Below, one piece after another: positions 38,801-50,806 of a stretch of 64,000 nt of DNA; positions within the stretch are counted from its first letter, which is position 1, and each line of letters begins with the position of its first letter. Origin of the DNA: Minutocellus sp. GHC0000111 (Eukaryota); NCBI GenBank assembly GCA_977018835.1, contig OZ361258.1, forward strand, positions 3,286,001 to 3,350,000, in the 5' to 3' direction. A model generated the notes under the pieces. The model saw nothing but the letters and a program-made list of their open reading frames with translations. It did not search any database and was not told the DNA's origin. The position numbers and the translations under genes are program-made.

Positions 38801-39542
38801 GCTGCTACATGAGAATAGGGCAATGGGACCCGCGCCAGTATGTGTGATTCTGGAAGATGACGCAGTTCTTGTGGATCGATTTAGAGATAGACTTGCTACG
38901 TTGTTATGCGAATTGCCGAGAGATTTTCACTTTTGCTCCCTTGGTTACGGACGGCCAAAGAATGCACCCATGATTGAATTTTCCGAAACAGTTGGGATCC
39001 CTACTTTTCTTTGGTACATGACGGGCTACATTTTGTCGATGGAAGGCGCAAGGCTTCTTCTCAATGGTCTGCCGGTAGTGGGCCCTGTCGACAGTTGGGT
39101 AGGTCTCAAGATATCGTCCAACTGGGAGAATGAGTATGGTTACGCTGTTGGCGTTGGTAGAGATGCTAGAATATCAGCGAAAAGGGCTGTTATGGGATCG
39201 ATGCAAAATGTTAGCACCGGCGGTACCAGTACCAGCAATGGCAGCAATGCCAGCAATATCTTGGCACACAAAGACTTGGCAAGATTGATGAAGTTCCGAG
39301 CCTTTGCCGCCCTCGTTCCTTTGTGCTCTCAAAAGGTTGGTCAAGGCCATGTGGCCGGTGGAGCGGATGCACCCGGCGCTGGATCAAGCGGTAGAACGAA
39401 ACCACAGGGCGCAAGAAATCAGCAAAGAATGGTTGCAAAATGGAGAGATAGAGACTCGGACATTGTTTACAGTGGGGTGCAGCAGCAGCACGTGGTTGGG
39501 GGAAAGAAAAGTGGCGTGCCGAAGGGTGAGCGTGCTGACTGA
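35828..39542 (+). CDS. Large protein with N-terminal coiled coil and C-terminal glycosyltransferase family 25 domain; apparent frameshifts near 36255 and 37780
   Basis: RVINLERRSDRW, ERACALSHVASW, VILEDDAVL, GYILSMEGARLLL...GPVDSW are GT25 motifs; three consecutive same-strand ORFs abut or overlap. Confidence 0.7.
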
Positions 39543-40017
39543 GTCGGTTTGTGCCTGCCTGTGTGTACATGCAGTACCGGCCCATGTAGATCTTTATATA
39601 CGTGCTGTTATAAAGTAATACATTGTACATCATTTGATGTGTGTAGAATGAACAAGTCTTGATGTCTTTTCTCGCTCGTCAGCGTGCTCTCGTCGGTGGG
39701 ACAAAAACCTCGTCGATCATGACTTTCGGCATGACGTTGGAAAGAAGTAGGCGACAAAAGCACACTTTTGATTCTTCCGGAGTTTTTGAGTATTTAGGCT
39801 CTATTTCTGAGGCATTGTGGCTTTTGTGATGCTTTGTGTTTTTTCGTTTGGACAGTTTCTGTGAAAATCTGAAATTTTACAGGCTCTGCCCAAAAGCACC
39901 GCATTTCCTGTCTCAAGCCCAAACAACACAGCACAACACAAAAATTCATGGCAATAAACACACACACACACACACACACAAAAAGCAAGAGCAGAACCAA
40001 GACCAACCAGCGAACCA

Positions 40018-43000
40018 TGAGCGTTAACAATGACGGGTCCCCGTCCGCCCCCCCCGCGGTGGTCGGACCGACGCCCTCCCTGTGTCCGCAGCTCGGTCCG
40101 CCCCCCGGCGCGGGCGCGGCGGCACCGCAGCCGACGCTGCTGAGTTCGGCCTCGACTTTCGCCAAGGCCGGGGTGGCCCCCGAGATGAAGGCACGTCAGG
40201 TCACTCCCGAGGACGGTGCCGCGTCCCCGCCCGACGACGAGATGGCCGCCCCGCCGCCTCCGGGGCTGTCCCGGACGACGACCGAGTCGATGGGCGCGCC
40301 GCCGGCGTGTCCGACGGGGGGTTCCGGCCCGACCGGCGGCCCGACGTCGGTCCCGACCCCGAGCGGTGAAACGGCCCCATCTTGGCCTTCTCGTTCGGTG
40401 CACAATGCTGAGGTTGCGGACCGTGACGCCAAAATGTCAGAAGCTGACGACACAAAAATGAATTTCATATCATCCACGTCAGCAGAAACTCCCAAAAACC
40501 ACCGAGACAGCAAAAATCACGTCATTCCGACAACTGAAGTTGACAGCACAGAACCCACCACGATCAAAGCACAGCCGCTCAGCACAGTACTGCTGCATCA
40601 TGCAATAACAAAGATACCAGCAATGCCAATGGTGCTACTACTACTCACAACAGCAGCAGCGTCGGAAGCAGTCCCAACAGCGGCAACGGCGGCAGCAACC
40701 GCGGAACGCTTTGTCTCAATACCAACGATCTGACCGACCGGGACGGTACCGAGGACACCGAGGCCCTTGCCGTCTTCCGCGATGCCATCGTTGCCAAGAA
40801 GACCGATGGTGCTGGTACTAGCGCTGCTGGTGCTGTCGCTGGAACGACGTCCAAGTCCAACGATGCAAATGTAAACATGAGCTCTTCTTCTGCCACCGCC
40901 GTCGCCGTCGCCACCGAGAAGCCGGCCGCCACCGCGGCGGCGGTGCCGACTAGCAGCAGCAACAAGCCGCCGGTGAAGCCCCAGATCGACGTGGCCGATA
41001 CTCTCTTGAAGCAGGCCCAGATGGTCAAGGCGCCCCGAACCGTACCAGCCGTCGAAATTGCCGCCCAAATGATGAGCAGCCCCCCACCATCGCAAACGTC
41101 CCTCGGCCAGTCCATCAGCCAGACCAGTCAGACCTCTCTTCAGTCGTCCTCGTCTCGTTCTCAGCAGCAGCCTGGCCAGGCCATGATGAGCGCCGCCGGC
41201 CTCGCCCAACGGGCCCAGCAGCAGGCCGTCGAGGCTCATGTTCGGGCCGAGGCCGCCATCGCCCTGGCCAGGCAGGCCGCCGAGCTCGAGGCCATGGAAC
41301 GGAACCTCGCCGTCGCCGAGCAGGGTGCCACCTCCCAGGCACAGATGCAAGCCGAGATGCAAGCTCAAGTCCAGGCTCGAGCTCAGGCTCGGGCCCAGGC
41401 CCAGGCCCGAGCTCAGGCCCAGCAAGAACAGCAGCAACAGCAGTTGCACAGCCTCATGCTCGGCGGCTTGTATCCCAACCTTTCCAGGGGCATTTCGGCA
41501 TCGTCCACGGGAGCCGTTGTTCCGGCATCTACCAATACTACCGGTAGGCCTACCAACGCTAACGGCGGCCCCTCGCCCGCGATGGCTTCGGCTGCATCTC
41601 CCGGCGCCGCTGACAGCCACGCCGCTGTTCTGGCATCGCTCGTCGAGAGCCAGAGGATACGGGAGCAGCTGCTCGCGGCTGAGGCGCCGGAGCCGCGGCT
41701 GCCGGCGCCGGCGGCTTGGGTGGTCATCAGCAGGTCCACCCGTCCGCCGCCTCCTCCCTCCTCGGTCCGTCGTACTACTCCCAGCTTCTGGCGGCAAGCG
41801 GTGGTGCCCATCATCCGGCACTGGCATCGGCCGGCCTGACGGCGCCCGGCCCAGGCCCCGCCGCCTCGTCGTCCAGCCTCTCGAGTCACATGCTCCAGCT
41901 GCAGCAGCTCATGGCCGGAAGTGGTGCCACGACGCCAGCATCCACGTCGGCGTCGGCTCATCTGCCGTCCGGTAGCAATAACGACTCCCTCCAGAGAATG
42001 GTGGAGCAGGAGGAGCACGAACTGCGCGCTCTCCAGCTCCAGCTGCACCAACAGCAGCAGCAGCTCAATCTTCGCCACCATCTCGGCGGTGGTGTTGGTC
42101 CTCTCGGTGGTCTCGGTGGTGTGGGCCTTGGTGTCTGCGTTGGCGGCTTCGGCCTCGGTGGTACCAGCATGGCCGCTCTTCGTGGTACCGTCGGTGCTGC
42201 CGGTAGCGCGCCCCTTTCCTTCCAGCACGCTCAGCAGCAACAATTGCAGCATCCGGCGAGCGTCGGTATCGCTACTACTCCTGCTGGCGGCGGAGCAGCT
42301 GCCTCCACCAGCCACAATGGTGCCCCTGCTTCCACTTCGTCGATTCCAGACCCCAAGGCCAAGGGGCCGATGAAGAAGCGTCTCAAGCATGCTCATGATC
42401 TGGAGATGTTGCAGGACGGGTCCTCCGCCGGTGGTAGCAAACCCATGGTGACGGCCCAGCCGAAACTTGCCGGCGCTCCGATGTACCAGTACACCGCGAC
42501 CCTCCCGCCGCCGCCGGTCCCTCCCCCTGGGTACTTCCCCGCTGGCCAGCCCAAGCAGCGCCTCCTCCTCTACAGTCCGGAGGATTACCACTGGCTGTCC
42601 GACCAGCTTTGCTTCGTCCGCAAGCTCATCGAGATCTTCGAGGCCAACGAGGAGGATGTCACCGCTCGCTCTCGTCGGGGTGGAATGAAGAAGCCCATCA
42701 AGATTGGCCGCGTCGGTCTGCGGTGCGTCTTCTGCTCCAACGTCCCCGCCCGGCAGCGGGCCAAGGGTGCTGTCTCGTACCCCAACTCCATCCGTATCTT
42801 CCATCAGGCCATCCGCAACTTCCAGCGGTACCATCTGATGCAGTGCCCCAACATGCCGCAGTCGATCAAGGACGAGTACAAGAGCCTCAAGACCACGAGG
42901 TGCCATTCCGGCAATGCCAGTCTTCAGTACTGGGTCACCTCGTGCCATGCTCTGGGCATGTGCGATACCGACCCGGACAATGGCATTCGCCTTCGTGCCC

Positions 43001-43968
43001 CTCCTTCGAGCAATCTTGTCCAGGCACTCGCCGACGAGAAAAATACCGATCCCTCCGCTGCTAGTGGCGGCGCCAATGCTGCCGCAGCATCGGCCTCGGC
43101 TGGTGGCGTGGCAGCCTCTACCACCCAGCCGAATGCTGATCCCACTACTTTGGCAGCTCAGGTATCGGGTGGTCCTTCTGCCACATCTGTGCAAGGTCCA
43201 CCGCCTGCCCCTGTGCTCTGCCAGCAGGTCACCAACGAGTCGTCTGCTACTCTTGGACCCAGCCTCGTCCTTGGTTCCTCCACTGAGCCTACCGCCGGGG
43301 CAACCGATCCCATGGGCCTCGGCGGCATTTCGTCCGGCGACCTTCAGACGACGCCGTACATGTCACTCATCCTCGCTCAGCAGCGGCCCACCATCTACCA
43401 GCCGGCCGACAGCTTGGGCAAGCGCCGACCTCGTCCCTCAGGATTCCCTGGAATGGAGTGCAAGCATTGCTCCTCTCCGTCTCGAGTGGCATCTCCTGGC
43501 CGGTACTTCCCCCTGACCACCACCGTCCTGGCGAACAACAACAATCCCGGCGGATGCGTCTACGTCCACCTCATGAAGTGTGGCCGCTGTCCTCAAGACG
43601 TCAAAATCAGGCTACAAAGGCTGGCCGAAAGGCATACCCTTGACGGCGAGAACCTCGACCGAGGCTGGAGGAGGAGACTCTTCTCAGCCCTGTGGGACCG
43701 GCTGCACCAGGGCCGTGTATGGGACGAGGGCGAACTAGCCGAGGGCGAGGCCGAGGCGGAGGCCGACGAATCTGCTGGAGCCCAAGTTGCCGAGGAAAAT
43801 ATGGACGAAGACGACCACAAGGCCCAAGACAAAGACCAAGACCAATCCCGCCCAGCCAAGGAGGGAGGTGATGATGTTGGCACCGCGGCGCTGGCTCTTT
43901 CGGCCCTGTCGGGTCTTGCTGGCAAGCGAAAGCTACCCGATGATGAAGAAGATGACAACGATTTGTAG
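40018..43968 (+). CDS. Q/A-rich low-complexity protein with two copies of a diatom-type CxxC...HxxxC domain (putative Zn-binding regulator); apparent frameshifts near 40560 and 41715
   Basis: GRVGLRCVFC...GAVSYP...FQRYHLMQCPNMP and GFPGMECKHC...GRYFP...YVHLMKCGRCP; strong C-ending codon bias. Confidence 0.7.
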
Positions 43969-44761
43969 TTTTATTTGATTTGTATATTTCTTTCCTCTCT
44001 CGAAAATTAAGTATGCAACGACGAAGAATATGCATGAATACATTATATAATAATTACTCATGATAACATAGAGAATTAAACATTGAAAGATCCTCTTAGT
44101 ATTTTGAGACGTTGCGTTACTGGTACTCTCGGCCAAATAGTTGCGATACCCTCCTAACATATATATGTACGTCAACGTTTATCAGAAAGTCATCTTAAAG
44201 ACATGCATTGCAGTGCAGAGTGTGTTGAGATGTGTTTGGCAGAGACTTTGGCTTAGTCTGGGTGTGTATGTGCATATATTTGAAGGTGTGTGGCGCTGTG
44301 GTCTCGATGGGCTTTCGGGCCGTAGTAGTTTGACTGCCCCAAGGGTCGAGTTTCCCGTTTTCAAGTTTTTTGCAGCAGCTCTCTTCTTTTCACTGCAGCG
44401 TAGGATCCCCACAGTCCCCAACTCTGCATCATGAGTTGAAGCCCTCTCGTCCTGGTAAAACACGACAAAGAACCCCAAAAGTCTCGGGTTTGCAGACGAG
44501 CTGGTAGGATGACTTCCCATAGTAGTAGATATGATGAATGAAATCTTCACGGCTCGCATATTCATATAGAATCTGCGGAGAGAAGCATGTGCTTAGGTTA
44601 CTACCGGTACGTGGCGGCATCAAGACCCGAGATTGTCCCCAGAGTTCAAGGTATAGTACACCGATATCCATTCGATATGGCATGTGTGTGGTACGAGTAC
44701 AAGTCAAGTCAAGTAGACCCAACGCATCTCGCCTATTAATTATATCTATATAATACCGAAT

Positions 44762-45698
44762 TTACAAACGACGACCGCGGCGTCCGGACTTTCTGCGGGT
44801 AGAGTCGGTCGGGATGGGGGTAACATCCTCGATGCGGCCAATCTTCATTCCATTACGAGCAAGGGCACGGAGGGCGGACTGCGCTCCGGGTCCGGGGCTG
44901 CGGGACTTGTTGCCGCCGGTACCGCGGACCTTGATGTGGAGGGCGGTGACGCCGAGCTCCTTGCACCGGACGGCGACGTCCTGGGCGGCAAGCATGGCAG
45001 CGTACGGGCTGGACTCGTCGCGGTCGGCCTTGACCTTCATGCCGCCGGTGACGCGGACGAGGGTCTCGCGGCCGGAGAGGTCGGTCACGTGGACGAAGGT
45101 GTCATTGAAGGAAGCGAAGAGGTGGGCAACGCCGAAAACCTCCTCACCCTCGACGGTCTTGGGGGCGATCTCAGGGTTAGCCTCGCTGTTTTTTATTGAT
45201 GGATCGAGAAAAAATGAAATAGAAATAGAGAGGGTTAGTTTGACTGGGATTGATTGCATGCTGCTTGCATGTAACGAAAAAGAGGCCTGCCTTCCTTGCT
45301 TGTCTGCCTGCGGACCACCAGCCAGTGCTTGACTCCAGACAAATTCTCTCCATGAATTTTCCAGACTCCCAGGCACATAGCATGGATATCCTCTGCGGCA
45401 GTGCATCCCAACACATAATATGCATTCGCTGCCGATGGCTTTGGTCGGTGTCTCTCTCTTTTTTCCAACCACAAGCGCCTGCTGCTCCCGCTTCTGCTGG
45501 TGGCCACCACCATTCATCCTCCCTGCTGGAGGCAGACCGGACGGACGGACGGGACGGGCGCATTCATCTCTGCTGCCGAACGATGGCGCGTCTGCAGTCG
45601 CGGCATGGCACGCGCCGCACCGCCGCCCCATGATCCAAGCTATTCTCCTCCGTTTTCTACTAACGCCGCATGGTGCCGACTCACGTCTCTTCAGCCAT
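44762..45698 (-). CDS. RPS14: 40S ribosomal protein S14 (uS11); exon 1 45698-45685, ~0.5-kb intron, exon 2 45185-44762
   Basis: [25 protein letters not shown]...[24 protein letters not shown]...[34 protein letters not shown] first exon. Confidence 0.97.
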
Positions 45699-45766
45699 CT
45701 TGATGCAGTATTATTTTGTTCCGAACGATACGATACGTTGTCCCTGGAAAACAAGCGGCATGAATG

Positions 45767-45776
45767 GCTCATAACC
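45767..45776 (+). promoter_or_regulatory. GCTCATAACC motif in the RPS14/FPPS bidirectional promoter
   Basis: Exact 10-mer ~70 bp upstream of the RPS14 ATG; partial copy GGGTTAT at 45843. Confidence 0.5.
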
Positions 45777-45970
45777 TTACTGCTTACCGCTATTTGGAGA
45801 CCCTCAGGCTTGCGGAACTCGGGGTTTTATTAATTTATCTCCGGGTTATTAAAAGCGGGTCTGCAGGTCATTGGTAATCACTGCAACACGTCATTGGCTT
45901 TTCCAGCTCGAGATGTGCTGTTGCGCTCATTATTTCGCTCTCATATTCCACCCATATATTCCCAATCATC

Positions 45971-47044
45971 ATGCCCGGCGCCACGGACAAGGAGGCCTTC
46001 CTCAAGGTGTTCGATCAGCTCAAGGACGAGCTGATCGGGGACTTCCAGCACCTGCCCGGCCTATCCGACAACCTCAAGCAGCAGCTCACGACGTACTACA
46101 CGGAATGCCTCGAAACGACGGTGCCCGGCGGCAAGATGACGCGCGGCCTCACCGTCATCAAGGGCATCGAGGTCCTCAAGGGCCGGGCCCTCACCGACGA
46201 GGAGTTCTTCGACGCCGCCGTCCTCGGGTGGCAGGTCGAGTGGCTCCAGGCCTTCTTCCTCGTCGCCGACGACGTCATGGACGGCTCCATCACCCGCCGC
46301 GGCGCTCCTTGCTGGTACAAGCACCCGCACGTCACCCAGGACAATGCCATTAACGACGCCCTCTTCCTCGAGGTCCTCATCTACAAGTCCCTCCGCCGCC
46401 ACTTCAAGAAGCACCCCGCCTACGTCCAGCTCCTCGAGCTGTTCATCGACACCACCTTCCAGACCGAGGTCGGGCAGCACATCGATACCAACGGCACCCC
46501 CTACGCCGATGGCAAGCGCGCTCCTCTCGATCTGTCCCGCTTCACCCTCGACCGCTACCAGGGATGCGTCCGATACAAGACGTGCTACTACTCCTTCTAC
46601 CTCAGCTGCGCCCTGGCCCTGGCCTACTGCGGCTATCCCCCGGAATCCGACCTCTACGTCAAGGCCGATGCCGTCACCATGCGCCTGGGAGAACACTTCC
46701 AGATCCAGGACGACGTCCTCGATGCCTTCGCCCCCCCGGAGGTGCTGGGAAAGATCGGCACCGACATTGAGGATGCCAAGTGCTCTTGGCTCGTGTGCAA
46801 GGCCCTCGAGCTGGTAACGCCCGAGCAGAAGGAGGTACTCGTCGCGCATTACGGCAAGCACGATCCCGAGGGCGTGGAGAAGGTCAAGGCATTGTACCGC
46901 GAGCTGGGGTTGGAGAAGATTTACGAGGACTACGAGGAGGAGCAGAAGAAGGCGTGCGACGAGCTCATTGCCAGCATCGAGCCGGAATCCTTCCAGGAAC
47001 TCTTCAAGTTTTTGCTCGGAAAGATTTACAAGCGGCAGAAGTAA
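45971..47044 (+). CDS. FPPS: Farnesyl diphosphate synthase
   Basis: GGKMTRG, QAFFLVADDVMD (FARM with aromatic chain-length residues), RRGAPCWY, GQHID, YKTCYYSF, FQIQDDVLD (SARM), GKIGTDIEDAKCSW, KIYKRQK. Confidence 0.96.
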   Translation: MPGATDKEAFLKVFDQLKDELIGDFQHLPGLSDNLKQQLTTYYTECLETTVPGGKMTRGLTVIKGIEVLKGRALTDEEFFDAAVLGWQVEWLQAFFLVADDVMDGSITRRGAPCWYKHPHVTQDNAINDALFLEVLIYKSLRRHFKKHPAYVQLLELFIDTTFQTEVGQHIDTNGTPYADGKRAPLDLSRFTLDRYQGCVRYKTCYYSFYLSCALALAYCGYPPESDLYVKADAVTMRLGEHFQIQDDVLDAFAPPEVLGKIGTDIEDAKCSWLVCKALELVTPEQKEVLVAHYGKHDPEGVEKVKALYRELGLEKIYEDYEEEQKKACDELIASIEPESFQELFKFLLGKIYKRQK

Positions 47045-47623
47045 GAAAGAAGGGCAAGGCATGTATTTGCTGTAGAGTGTGTAACACGGTGGAGAATTTC
47101 AATTACGAGAGAAATGAGAAGGCCGGCTGAGCGACTATTCGAGGATTGAGTGGAGCTAGCCGTACTTGTGAAATTTGGCGAGAAGGAGACATGAAATAGG
47201 ACTTGAATCAGTGCAGTACACCAACGCCTGAAATTGGCATTCTACATGAAAACAAAAGAGAGATAGAGATAGAGATCGAAATCGCAACACTTTCATGCAA
47301 CAGACGTCACTGAATTTTTCACTGCTTCTGCAGAGCCCAGCCATATTGTTGAAGCCGTTGGATATGAATGCCATAGACTGCGCAAGGCCTGCTACTGGAC
47401 TCTGGTACGATCAACACTCGATTAAAGTAAGAGATTCTACATTTCCGTTTCGTGTTATTCTTGCTTGCTTGCGCTTGGAACCGTACCGGTAGCAAAAGCA
47501 GTGCAGCGTGCGTACGACACAGCACAGAGGGCACTATTATACGTACGTTCCTTCACAGACTTCGAAGCGCGTCACTTACTTGCAGATTGATCGACCAACG
47601 AACCATAAACTTACAACCGAACC

Positions 47624-48232
47624 ATGACGAAGACCCAAATGAGTACCAATGAAAGGATGCAGCTGGTACCGGAGCTGCGAAGCCACTTTGCACGGTACCC
47701 GCTTGATCGTCCGCGCTGGATCAGGCCTACGCGCGAAACGCACACGCCGAAAGACGACGGCGCGGAACTTACATTCATCGCCTGTCCTCCCCCGCCCAAA
47801 GGCACGAAGAATGACGTGAAGATGAACTATGTATGGGGACCAGGATCAAAGGGATTCGGCTATTATCACTTGCTAACGAAGGAATCCTACGTGGCATTAG
47901 CTGCCCGTATGCACAGCGAGTGTGCGCCGCCGATCCCATGCTGTGGTGGTGCTACCAAAGAGAGCGAAGAGAAGCGCAAGGAGTTGGAGCACGTCTATTT
48001 ACTCATTGTTAACCCTCGGAGCAAAAGCCCTGTTCCGAAAGACACATATGCCGTCAACCACACATACGCAGATGCTGGGGCTGCATTTATACCGCCCGAA
48101 GATAAGCGTTGGAAGGAAGTGATCCCGAATAGCAAAGGCAGGGTCGATTTGGACAAGATCAAGGGCAACCAACCGCCAACCACGTATTCTATCCCTGCTG
48201 GCAGTACAGATATTCGTGCAGTTAAGCCTTAG
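47624..48232 (+). CDS. Hypothetical protein, 202 aa
   Basis: Clean ATG-initiated ORF after an A/C-rich leader; protein-like composition (NYVWGPGSKGFGYYHLLT); no family recognised. Confidence 0.6.
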   Translation: MTKTQMSTNERMQLVPELRSHFARYPLDRPRWIRPTRETHTPKDDGAELTFIACPPPPKGTKNDVKMNYVWGPGSKGFGYYHLLTKESYVALAARMHSECAPPIPCCGGATKESEEKRKELEHVYLLIVNPRSKSPVPKDTYAVNHTYADAGAAFIPPEDKRWKEVIPNSKGRVDLDKIKGNQPPTTYSIPAGSTDIRAVKP

Positions 48233-48442
48233 TCAGGTACCTGTGCTGGATAGCTTGGAGGAGTTACATAGACACATAGTGCCTTGGCACATGCTCGGAC
48301 GGTGGCTTTGCTTAGATGAAATTCCTTTTGTACATAGCAATTTTGTTTCGCACGAATACTTACGTCGTTACAATATCTTGTTTGGAGTCGAAACACGGAA
48401 TGTATTGACAGCGTGCTTTCCACTATTTGCTACCTTACTGAG

Positions 48443-49822
48443 CTACGACGATGCAGAATATCCAAGATATTTGGCCACATCAAGCCCTATGCTTGTTTTG
48501 TCATCTTTGCCATTCGCGCCCAAAAGCCCCAGCTCTCTCCCCATCTTCATTGCATCTCTCTCCATTTGCTCGAGTTCCACCGTGTTATTCTCATACTTTC
48601 GCAATGTCGCAACGACTTTTGGTGCCGTCATGTAGCGACACTCTCTCCGAAATGACGATTCGGCACCCGTTGCGGATGCTGCCGATGTGCTGCAAACATC
48701 TTGCTTGCACATGCTTTCATACAAACGTGATAGATCCGAGTAGGGGACAATAAGATCCCCCTCCAATCTTTCGCAGCCATCCTCTTCTTCTTGACCACCT
48801 CCCTGTCCAGCCATTAGCTTTTGATGTATCTTGCGATCGACTTCCTCGGAGTATTGATCCAATGCCGATCCCGATGATGTCGATGCCTCGTCTATATTCT
48901 TGACTACCTCTTTACCGTACCAGAGAGCATTTTCCGACGGCTTGTTATGTACAACCTCGACCATTCCCGATCCATCCGGAGGACGGCACGTTCTGGGCCG
49001 GAGGGAGCGGATCATTTCCAGAATCTGAGAGGGTGTGGCAGCAGCAGCAGCAGATGCTTCGCCGGCACTACCTTGCTCCTTCTCCTGTAGACTCTTCAAG
49101 TATTGGGCCATGGCAGCTGTGCCGACCACAGCATCGCTACTACCCATATCCATCCCCAGGATTGAATCCCATGAATAGGCATAGGCCTTGGACGAACCAT
49201 CCGCATTCTTGCTGTTGAGGAGGGCCCCCACAGCCGCCTGCGGTGCCGTAGCAAAGTGGATCCTCCCCCGTGACAGAGCGACTGCAGAGTTGATGAGAGG
49301 GTTGATGGGATCGGGTCCATCGCCTATCGATGCAGTTTCTTCGCCATCATCTTCGCCATCGCCATCGGCAGCGCTCTTCTCGTCCGTGCCAATGTCCATG
49401 TCATCGTCGTACACGAAATCATTGTCATACGACCTCGTCCTTGCCTTCTTTCGGACTGGCCGGCCCTCCTTCGCAGCATCGCCAGCCTCGTTGGCACCAT
49501 CCCCTCCGTCACCACCACTCGTCGCTTTCAGATACCGCTCCACCTCGCCAATGCTCCGTAGCTTTATGCTGCGGTCGGCATTGAGCCAGAACCTATCGGC
49601 CTTTGGACCAGTGGTGCCCCCCGCCGAGGAATTCCGCTTGTTGATTCGACATATCCACCCCGCTCCGATGTACGGGGCCGGTTCCTCGTGGGTCGTCTTG
49701 CCAGGTGGGAGGACGATCTTGTCGCCGTATTTGGGCATGGTCCGATGGACGATGATCTGATCTCCGTCGGCGGACGCCGAGTGCGCATCTGCTGCTGGTG
49801 TATCTTCGTCACGGCTTGCCAT
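48443..49822 (-). CDS. Protein with N-terminal methyl-CpG-binding (MBD)-like domain
   Basis: GAGWICRINKRNS..G...PKADRFWLNADRSIKLRSIGEVERYL fits the MBD pattern GW.R....R..G...D.YY..P.GKKLRS..EV.RYL; start inferred at ACAACGACC-like Kozak ATG MASRDED. Confidence 0.7.
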   Translation of the reverse strand: MASRDEDTPAADAHSASADGDQIIVHRTMPKYGDKIVLPPGKTTHEEPAPYIGAGWICRINKRNSSAGGTTGPKADRFWLNADRSIKLRSIGEVERYLKATSGGDGGDGANEAGDAAKEGRPVRKKARTRSYDNDFVYDDDMDIGTDEKSAADGDGEDDGEETASIGDGPDPINPLINSAVALSRGRIHFATAPQAAVGALLNSKNADGSSKAYAYSWDSILGMDMGSSDAVVGTAAMAQYLKSLQEKEQGSAGEASAAAAATPSQILEMIRSLRPRTCRPPDGSGMVEVVHNKPSENALWYGKEVVKNIDEASTSSGSALDQYSEEVDRKIHQKLMAGQGGGQEEEDGCERLEGDLIVPYSDLSRLYESMCKQDVCSTSAASATGAESSFRRECRYMTAPKVVATLRKYENNTVELEQMERDAMKMGRELGLLGANGKDDKTSIGLDVAKYLGYSASS

Positions 49823-50007
49823 GGTCGTTGCTTGTGAAAAAAAATGAATGAAATTTTTGCGAATTATTTTTCGTCTGTCTGTCACCCGCATCGCCAGTGT
49901 TGATTGGATCTTCTCTCGCTCTCTGCGATCTTCCGCGCCATTTTGTTCCGAAGACATTCAACAACAAAGCGTATCTTTTACCAAAACAACAACAAACCAA
50001 GACAACC

Positions 50008-50806
50008 ATGGGCATGTTCGGCAAGAAAGACGGTGAGTTGATTGTTTTGCTGGTCCGAACTGCTGCGGTATCTTTGATGGAGGTGGGCGCCGGCAGAATC
50101 AGTTCGTTCTAGTGGCGTGTATTCGGAACATGCGGGGATGTCAGGCCGACGGACCCAAGATTGCATAGAGAGCAGAATTAATTGGCACTTCCGATTCGCA
50201 GGATGTGTGGTCCCTACCGTGCTTTGGATACATTTATCCAATCTCTGTACCACCTCGTCACATCACTCATTGCAATTATATTCTATCGACACATATTGTG
50301 CCATTTTTAATTCGCTTCCGTTCGCTCCGCCATCCGTCGGCGCCACGAATTTTTATTTATTTATTGTGAATGCCGGCTCTTTGGTGTTGGACGCTTCTTG
50401 GGCGGTTTGACCTCCCCGATGAACACAAAACGCGTCTCTTGGCAACCATTATGCGAATCTCATGCACTGCCCCTTGTCATCTGGCGATTTGCGATACCGT
50501 GGGCCGCCCTTTGCATCTGCGATTCTTCGGTTCGCGTTTTGAATGAATGCCCTTTTGCCATTTGCCATGCCATAACCCTTGGGCACAATAGACGTTAGCA
50601 AGGGAGAGTGCCTCAAGCTTGCAGCAACCCTAAAGAAGGTGTCGGATCTGCCGGTATCGTGCCGCCAATATGACGATGTCGTGAAGATTGTAGAGGACAA
50701 CATGAACCCGTACGCGGGTGCCGATCGTTCCGTCGTTTCTGAAGCCAAGATTCAGCGCCGACTTACCACTCGCCGTCTTACCAAGAAGAAGGATAGATTT
50801 GAGTAA
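50008..50806 (+). CDS. Small basic 79-aa protein, two exons (50008-50032, 50592-50806)
   Basis: ACAACC-ATG context, G|GTGAG donor, AATAG acceptor; spliced MGMFGKKDDVSKGECLKLAATLKKVSDLPVSCRQYDDVVKIVEDNMNPYAGADRSVVSEAKIQRRLTTRRLTKKKDRFE*. Confidence 0.65.

Noticed and set aside
44150..44720. Intergenic stretch with GGGCTTTCGGGCC hairpin and TG-rich tract, possible TE remnant
   Set aside because: No TSD, TIR or recognisable coding motif; insufficient support
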